From Fimbriimonadales bacterium (GTDB taxonomy: Bacteria > Armatimonadota > Fimbriimonadia > Fimbriimonadales > ATM1): 17,663 nucleotides of DNA. Shown here one piece after another: positions 1 through 5,445 of the stretch (its first letter is position 1; each line of letters starts with the position of its first letter). The notes under the pieces are model-generated. The model was not told where the DNA came from, ran no database searches, and was given only the letters and a program-made list of their open reading frames with translations. Location of the stretch: contig JBGTLG010000001.1 in the NCBI GenBank assembly GCA_041744215.1, forward strand, positions 1 to 17,663. The letters are read 5' to 3'. A program made the translations under genes and the position numbers.

Positions 1-235
1 CTCCGTTCGCGATTCTTCCGGGCGGGCCTTGTACTCGACCCGCGCTCGCCGCCAGTCCCACTCCCATCTCTATTTTGCTTTGCACCCGTTGGTTGAGACC
101 AAACAGTTTCAAAAACATTTCTTGCGTTCTCGTTTCCGAAATTCGCAAATCGAAAACAACAAAAGAAAACTGTACAAAAGAAAACAACAACACGGTTCCC
201 AAGCGACGTTTTCCACAGACAAGTCGCCCTTGTGA

Positions 236-406
236 ATGAATTGGCCGATCCCAAAGGAGAAGCACATCCGGCGGTTTCAGGACTTGTACGTGCGCCGTTT
301 TAATGCGACGCTTACGCCGCAAGAAGCGTTCGATGCGCTTACTGCCCTAACTCACATTTATTATGCCAAACACATTGCGTTACGCCATCTACGCCCGCAA
401 GAGTAG
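236..406 (+). CDS. Small hypothetical protein (56 aa) overlapping the recombinase start
   Basis: Translated by hand (below the ORF-track cutoff): ATG 236 to TAG 406, MNWPIPKEKHIRRFQDLYVRRFNATLTPQEAFDALTALTHIYYAKHIALRHLRPQE. Its 'IxxFxxLYxxxFxxxLTxxEA' pattern resembles small helical proteins I recall next to this type of LSR (unverified). Confidence 0.55.
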   Translation: MNWPIPKEKHIRRFQDLYVRRFNATLTPQEAFDALTALTHIYYAKHIALRHLRPQE

Positions 407-2006
407 CGAGGAAGATGAACGGCAAGCCGAGAGTCTTCCCGGCCAGGTCAATGCCCTGAAAGGCTTTGCTGCCGAGCGGGGCATTGAGATCATCGAGGTG
501 CTGGAAGAGGCCCGCTCCGCCAAGGAACCAAGCACCCGCCCAGTCTTTGCGAGCCTTATCGAAAAGCTCAAAGCGGGCCAGGTTGACGGGATACTCTGCT
601 GGAGTATCGACAGGCTCTCGCGAAATCCGGTCGATTCCGGCCTCATCAGTTGGCTGTTACAGCAAGAAATCATTATGTCGATCCGGACGATGACCCGCGA
701 GTACGTGCCCGAAGACAACGCCGTCATCATGGCGGTAGAAACGAGCGTCGCCAATCAATACATCCGTGACCTCAGCCGCAACGTCAAGCGGGGCATGTCG
801 CGCAAGGCCGAACAGGGTTGGTGGCCCGGCCTTGCGCCGCCGGGGTATCGCAATGACAAGGAAACCAGAACCATCGCCATTGACAAGCCGCGTTTCGAGA
901 TGCTACGACGGGCGTGGGAAATGTTGCTCTGCGGAAACTACTCAGCCAGTTATGTTCTCCAAGAACTGAACCGATGGGGTTTTACCGTCGAGGGCAGGCA
1001 CGAAAGAACGAAGCCGCTTTGTCGGTCTGCCTTTTACAGGCTTCTGTCCAATCCGTTTTACACCGGTGAGTTCATGTACAAAAGCGAAATTCGCAAAGGC
1101 AATCACCAGCCGATGGTAAGCCGCTACGAGTTCGATCTTGTTCAGCAGCTGCTCGGGCGGCCGACCCGGCTGCGGTCCGTCAAATCCTGCTTTGCCTACT
1201 CGGGCCTTATTCGGTGCGGCGCGTGCGGCTGCCTCATCACCGCCGAGCGCAAGACGAAGGTCTATCGGCGAACAGAGCGTATCCGCAGCTACATCTACTA
1301 CCACTGCACCGGTGCGAAGGGTTGCAGGCGAGAAGGTGTGACAGAGAGCTACCTTGACCAACAAATCGGCGCACTACTCCAATCGTGTAGCCTTCAGGCA
1401 GAGGTTGCAGAGATCATCCGGGAAGTGATCGACGATTGCCTCACAGCGGAGATCCGATTAGGACAGACATTGGAACCGAACCGGCAAGGAAATCTCCGGC
1501 AACAGCATGTGCGTTTAGAGGCGCTGTTGGAGATGCGCCTGGCAGGTGAGCTATCGGCAGATGAATACGTCGCTGAGAAGAACCGGCAGCTTACTGCTAT
1601 TCGCAATCTCGAAGGGTCGCTGCGCCGGTGCAGAGAACTTTCGGATCGGCTGAAAGAAGAGTTTCGCCAGTCCGTTTTGGCCGTGACCGACATATCGGCG
1701 CGTTTCGCAATAGCGCCGCCGGAAGAAAAGCGAATGACGGCGAATGCGCTAGCACACGCCTACTTTCTCACTCTGGGATCGTTTCAGTACCGGTTGCATC
1801 CGATTATTGAGCTGTTCTGCACTTTCGAACTCGCGAAAAAGTCCAGACAACAGGTAGAGAGCGAGCTGGCTGTGCCCGACTGTCGCTTTCGGTGGGCCGT
1901 TCGGAACGTAATACGCACTCTGATGACAGGTCACGACAACTGTTTCGAGGAGTCAACGAAATTTGCAACCGACGACAAGTTGCCAAAGACTGGGATCAAC
2001 CGATGA
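363..2006 (+). CDS. Large serine recombinase / integrase (resolvase catalytic domain, recombinase domain, Zn ribbon, coiled coil)
   Basis: YARKS with catalytic Ser14, DRLSRN motif, APPGY...LLSNPFYTG recombinase domain, H-x-P-x-V-S motif (HQPMVS), CGACG...YYHC...C zinc ribbon, coiled-coil C-terminal region; 547 aa. Confidence 0.95.
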   Translation: MPNTLRYAIYARKSSEEDERQAESLPGQVNALKGFAAERGIEIIEVLEEARSAKEPSTRPVFASLIEKLKAGQVDGILCWSIDRLSRNPVDSGLISWLLQQEIIMSIRTMTREYVPEDNAVIMAVETSVANQYIRDLSRNVKRGMSRKAEQGWWPGLAPPGYRNDKETRTIAIDKPRFEMLRRAWEMLLCGNYSASYVLQELNRWGFTVEGRHERTKPLCRSAFYRLLSNPFYTGEFMYKSEIRKGNHQPMVSRYEFDLVQQLLGRPTRLRSVKSCFAYSGLIRCGACGCLITAERKTKVYRRTERIRSYIYYHCTGAKGCRREGVTESYLDQQIGALLQSCSLQAEVAEIIREVIDDCLTAEIRLGQTLEPNRQGNLRQQHVRLEALLEMRLAGELSADEYVAEKNRQLTAIRNLEGSLRRCRELSDRLKEEFRQSVLAVTDISARFAIAPPEEKRMTANALAHAYFLTLGSFQYRLHPIIELFCTFELAKKSRQQVESELAVPDCRFRWAVRNVIRTLMTGHDNCFEESTKFATDDKLPKTGINR

Positions 2007-2062
2007 AGGATCCGGGAGCAATTGAGAAGTTCAAGAAGGACTACTTTCGCCCATACCGGCAC
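1891..2062 (+). repeat. Direct repeat copy 1: LSR 3' end plus downstream sequence (putative att-containing junction J1)
   Basis: Manual alignment with 3337-3507 gives about 21 differences over ~172 nt (~88%). Starts GGTGGGCCGTTCGGAACGTAATACGCACTCTG and contains the palindrome CGTTC-G-GAACG. Confidence 0.95.
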
Positions 2063-2071
2063 CATGGTTAA
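2003..2071 (+). CDS. Possible 22-aa peptide coupled to the LSR stop by an ATGA overlap
   Basis: MKDPGAIEKFKKDYFRPYRHHG*. The equivalent ORF in repeat copy 2 is cut short by AAG>TAA. Confidence 0.2.
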   Translation: MKDPGAIEKFKKDYFRPYRHHG

Positions 2072-2138
2072 ATCTGCGCCCATTCGGGCTGGATTCTCGT
2101 CCTTTCGGTGTAGGAGTGCCCCAGACCAGGGAGGAGGC

Positions 2139-2168
2139 TTGACGGACCCGGTGCTTGTGGGATAGAAT
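2139..2168 (+). promoter_or_regulatory. Putative sigma70 promoter P1
   Basis: TTGACG (2139-2144), 18-nt spacer, TAGAAT (2163-2168), upstream of ORF 2246. Confidence 0.5.
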
Positions 2169-2195
2169 CTGTAGCCTTCTCGGGGCCGTTGGGCG

Positions 2196-2224
2196 TTGAC
2201 AATGTATGCTCCGCCGGCTAGCTT
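2196..2224 (+). promoter_or_regulatory. Putative sigma70 promoter P2
   Basis: Consensus TTGACA (2196-2201), 17-nt spacer, TAGCTT (2219-2224). RBS AGAGGTG precedes GTG 2246. Confidence 0.5.
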
Positions 2225-2245
2225 GGTCCTAAGAGGTGACACCAA

Positions 2246-2482
2246 GTGACCACGAAATTCATCAAGAACCTGAATAAATTTGTTGAGAGAGCAACCAAGA
2301 CAAAGATCGAAGTCATTGATAGAGAAACTATCGAGGAAGCTCGTCGGCGCGTCGAAAGAGAGTATGGAAAACCCATGGCTATCTCTACTCGCCGAAATCT
2401 AATAGGTCGAGGCAACACCAATTCGTCCAAGCTTGTTCAACGCTCAGAGCTAGAACGGGATCTGGATAGGTGCTTGAGATAG
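2246..2482 (+). CDS. Small basic hypothetical protein (78 aa)
   Basis: GTG start with RBS AAGAGGTGA, upstream promoter motifs and a downstream hairpin; charged, helical-looking sequence. Confidence 0.75.
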   Translation: MTTKFIKNLNKFVERATKTKIEVIDRETIEEARRRVEREYGKPMAISTRRNLIGRGNTNSSKLVQRSELERDLDRCLR

Positions 2483-2504
2483 GAAGTTCACGACCATCGC
2501 CTTA

Positions 2505-2532
2505 AGGCACCACTATCAGTGGTGCCTATTTT
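2505..2532 (+). terminator. Stem-loop / intrinsic terminator-like element between two genes
   Basis: AGGCACCACT-ATC-AGTGGTGCCT (perfect 10-bp stem) followed by ATTTT. Confidence 0.65.
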
Positions 2533-2539
2533 CTAAGCC

Positions 2540-3157
2540 ATGGATGACAAGCTACCTAATGATAAGGGCGGTGTTCCCCAGACACTAAAGGAACTCTTCC
2601 AGTTTTACCACGACGTAGTGAAGAGACTTTACAGCGTCGTTCAAGCGGAAAACTCACTGCCGGTTGAAATACTCTTCGAGCTTCACGCTGCCTTTGACCA
2701 CGTAACGAGAATATACACCTTCCATGAGCGCGAGGCCGATGCGGTAGCTAAGGCCTATTCGCACCTAAAGCGTTCCTGTCTCGATGTTTATAAGATTTAT
2801 CTCAGAGACACATTGGATATGTTCGAAGAGCTGCGCCGAATCGAAACACATTACATCGACAACGGGGAGTTCGATTTCAAACTTCGGCAGTTAGTCGCCG
2901 ATATTCGACGTAAGGCTCGTCACGCCCGCAGCGTGGAGGGAGATAAGCGCGAGGATATCGATGGTAAGATTCAGGCATTCGACCTCTGGCAAGAGGTCGC
3001 AGACGACTGCCAAAGGCTTAGAGAAAGTTTTTACTACTGCCCACACGTGGCGTGGGCAAAGAAGAAAGGTTTTTGGAACGCCGTTAAGTACATTGTAGTC
3101 GGAATAATTGCTAGCCTGATTGCGGCGGCTATCTGGCAATGGTGCGCCAGCCTCTAA
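2540..3157 (+). CDS. Hypothetical helical protein with C-terminal transmembrane anchor (205 aa)
   Basis: Clean ORF with the pattern E-x2-AAFDH-x2-R...KAYSHLKRSCLD and a hydrophobic tail YIVVGIIASLIAAAIW after KKK. Confidence 0.85.
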   Translation: MDDKLPNDKGGVPQTLKELFQFYHDVVKRLYSVVQAENSLPVEILFELHAAFDHVTRIYTFHEREADAVAKAYSHLKRSCLDVYKIYLRDTLDMFEELRRIETHYIDNGEFDFKLRQLVADIRRKARHARSVEGDKREDIDGKIQAFDLWQEVADDCQRLRESFYYCPHVAWAKKKGFWNAVKYIVVGIIASLIAAAIWQWCASL

Positions 3158-3336
3158 AGGAGCCCACTGCCCAAGGTGAGCGGAGGCTCAAATCCGGCAG
3201 TGGAAACCGGCAACTGTTTCTCGCAACGCATTATAGTTTGCAAGCCTCTCAATCTTAAGAGAAGGTTTAACGCACAGTTAGATCAAACTGAGTTTCCCTC
3301 GTTAGTGAATTGGGACGGGGGTAGTGTGTCCCGAAT

Positions 3337-3507
3337 GGCGGGCCGTTCGGAACGTCATACGCACTCTGATGACAGGTTACGACAACTGTTTGAAGGAGTC
3401 AACGAAATTTGCAGCCGACGACGAGTTGCCAAAGACTGTACTGAACCGATGAAGTATCGGGGAGCAATTGAGCAGTTCAAGTAAGATTACTTCGCCTAGA
3501 CTGGCAC
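3337..3507 (+). repeat. Direct repeat copy 2 (orphan LSR C-terminal tail; junction J2)
   Basis: From 3336 it reads WRAVRNVIRTLMTGYDNCLKESTKFAADDELPKTVLNR*, against the LSR tail RWAVRNVIRTLMTGHDNCFEESTKFATDDKLPKTGINR*. The frame is closed upstream by TGA at 3306-3308. Confidence 0.95.
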
Positions 3508-3586
3508 ACGAGCGAAGCTGTGGTCTGCTCCCCAAATCTGACGACGGAAAGGAGCGAATCGTTGTTGACGAGCAGGTGGCTCCCCT

Positions 3587-3712
3587 TGGCGGGCCCGGCG
3601 TGAACGCATTCGCACTCTGCTATCAGATAAGGACATTGAACAATGGAGTTGCGCGGACTGCTCGTTTCTTGACAGCACTGAATTAGGCGCTGACGATGGG
3701 AATGCGGCATGA
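3587..3712 (+). repeat. Diverged third LSR-tail / att-like junction J3
   Basis: TGGCGGGCC-N15-CGCACTCTG with the same spacing as J1/J2. Translates WRARRERIRTLLSD..., stays open for 41 codons and ends in TGA overlapping the ATG of ORF 3709. Confidence 0.7.
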
Positions 3713-4059
3713 AGAAAGACTCGGGACTAAGTGAGTGTTTCCAGCTCATCTCCACTATGGGCAAGCACGCGATGTGGGAGAAAAAGGCCAATGGCGAAGC
3801 AATGCATCAAGCACCGCTCGGCTACAAGAATGCTCGCCAAGACGGCCGATCGGTCATCGTTTCAGACCCGGCTACCTTCCATCTAGTGGAAAGAGCTCGT
3901 TTGCTGCGGGGTCAGGGCTGCACTTTGAAGGAGATATGTCGGCTAATGAAGAAGATGGGACTTCGATCAAGAAGAGGCAAGGTCATCACCGCCTCTGGGA
4001 TGGACAGGATTCTCAAGCGGCCTCGTCCTTTTGTTCAGACAACATCCAATACCTGCTGA
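3709..4059 (+). CDS. Stand-alone recombinase DNA-binding-domain protein with no catalytic domain (116 aa); possibly an LSR remnant
   Basis: KHAMWEKKANGEAMHQAPLGYKN...IVSDP...GCTLKEICRLMKKMGLRSRRGKVITASGMDRILKRP aligns by eye with LSR KRGMSRKAEQGWWPGLAPPGYRN...IAIDK...SAFYRLLSNP. Confidence 0.8.
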   Translation: MKKDSGLSECFQLISTMGKHAMWEKKANGEAMHQAPLGYKNARQDGRSVIVSDPATFHLVERARLLRGQGCTLKEICRLMKKMGLRSRRGKVITASGMDRILKRPRPFVQTTSNTC

Positions 4060-4990
4060 CAAGTTAGCTGCTCTGCTTCGAGCACGAAACGAGCGGACTC
4101 GAAGTTCGAACGACAGTGGGCGCTTAATTGGGGTAACGTCACCCCAACCCGAGCGAGGGCGAGTGGCGTTGATTGAGCGAAAGCCCGCTGACGATGAAGT
4201 GACGAAGTACGTTGCGACTGCAGCCAGGACAGCGGCAGCAGTCCTGTCGATACTTGCTTCTACGAGTGCGGTTGCGACAATTATTCTCTTTCTTTTTCAG
4301 CAGCCGTTGATTGCAGGCGCCTGCTTGCTCGCTGCGGTTGTTTTCACTGCTTGGCGCCTCATCCACATTTATAGAAGGAGGAAGAACGCGGCTGTGCAAC
4401 GTGTGTTCGCTGTAAGCACCGCTTGCAAATACCTGGCTGAACGAGCAACTTGGCTACTAACATCAACCCCCGAGGAAGGCAGGGCCGCGCTGACATATCT
4501 GCTCTACGCATTTCAGGCAATTCACGATTGCGATCCAAGAAGCCCGGACTACGGTTGGCAGGTAGCACTATGGGCTCCCAATGGCCCCAAATGTCTCCGA
4601 ATCATTGCTTCGGTCAACGTAGGAAGGACTACGGAGAACCGGTATCTCATGGGAGATGGCTCGGCACCGGGTACCATTGACGGTCTAGTATGGAAGGCCT
4701 GGATCGAGAAGCAAGATCTTCACTCAACGGATGCGCAGAGCGATGATCGCGTCGATACGAAGGAGCATAAGAAACACCAGAATCCCGAGCGTCGGTCGTC
4801 AATCGGCTCGATTTTCTGCAAGCTGGTGTGTCTCGATGAGCGCTCGGTCGGCGTCATTTCCATCAACAACCGACAAACAGGACTTTTCTTCGAGGATGAA
4901 GCAGACGCCAGAGCCGCAATCGCTGGGCTTGTTGCAATATGCATGAAGCTGACCGATAATGTAACAAGCTCAAGCGAGGTTAGTACATGA
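4031..4990 (+). CDS. Two-TM membrane protein with C-terminal GAF-like domain (true start may be downstream)
   Basis: Two hydrophobic segments (AAVLSILASTSAVATIILFLF; LIAGACLLAAVVFTAW), then GAF-like motifs GLVWKAW...SIGSIFCKLV...VGVISINNRQTGLF. Confidence 0.75.
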   Translation: MFRQHPIPADKLAALLRARNERTRSSNDSGRLIGVTSPQPERGRVALIERKPADDEVTKYVATAARTAAAVLSILASTSAVATIILFLFQQPLIAGACLLAAVVFTAWRLIHIYRRRKNAAVQRVFAVSTACKYLAERATWLLTSTPEEGRAALTYLLYAFQAIHDCDPRSPDYGWQVALWAPNGPKCLRIIASVNVGRTTENRYLMGDGSAPGTIDGLVWKAWIEKQDLHSTDAQSDDRVDTKEHKKHQNPERRSSIGSIFCKLVCLDERSVGVISINNRQTGLFFEDEADARAAIAGLVAICMKLTDNVTSSSEVST

Positions 4991-5205
4991 ACAGAGCATC
5001 AATGGAATCAACAGACAAAGATTTCTACGCCTATACACAAGGCGAGATCTCTCCAGACGAGCTGTACCACCGGTGGAAGGAAAAGCATCAGGTCGGCTTG
5101 TTCCGCTACTTCTGCCTCGAGACGATCGCTGACTTCAGGGCGATTTGGGGCGCAATCCTCGGCATATTCACTTCTCGAAGCAATCAATCCTCACGGCACC
5201 CGTAA
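4987..5205 (+). CDS. Small hypothetical protein (72 aa)
   Basis: ATGA overlap with the upstream gene, RBS GAGGT, and a hairpin over the stop codon. Confidence 0.7.
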   Translation: MNRASMESTDKDFYAYTQGEISPDELYHRWKEKHQVGLFRYFCLETIADFRAIWGAILGIFTSRSNQSSRHP

Positions 5206-5220
5206 CACGGGTGCCGTTTC
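5193..5220 (+). terminator. Stem-loop / terminator-like element
   Basis: ACGGCACCCGT-AAC-ACGGGTGCCGT (perfect 11-bp stem) followed by TTC; the U-tract is weak. Confidence 0.6.
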
Positions 5221-5445
5221 TCGTCAACAAGTACTTTCATGGTCTGAACCTACGATTGGGCGCGGTAGATCACACGAGTAGTGTTAAGTGCCCTCTGATG
5301 ATTAGTTGGCTCTATGGTTGAGAGAAATTCTCCTTTGGTGGGCCTGGTCAATGACCCGCTTGTAGGTTCCTGATTCGGATCATTCCAGGCAACGCGGGAG
5401 CCTCTCGTTTAGGAACCAGCGTAGGAACCATGGTGGCACGCGAAC

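Noticed and set aside
29-235. 68-aa ORF with TTG start
   Set aside because: Low-complexity translation of an A-rich structured region with no RBS; better explained as non-coding.
2181-2190. GGGCCGTT match to the J1/J2 core
   Set aside because: An 8-nt match with no downstream arm, expected by chance.
3176-3484. 102-aa ORF spanning repeat copy 2
   Set aside because: Crosses the J2 junction in a different frame from the LSR tail and has no recognisable motif; probably incidental.
1891-3619. Repeats considered as a CRISPR array or IS terminal repeats
   Set aside because: They are long, direct, few and unevenly spaced (1446 and 251 bp); no cas or transposase gene is present.
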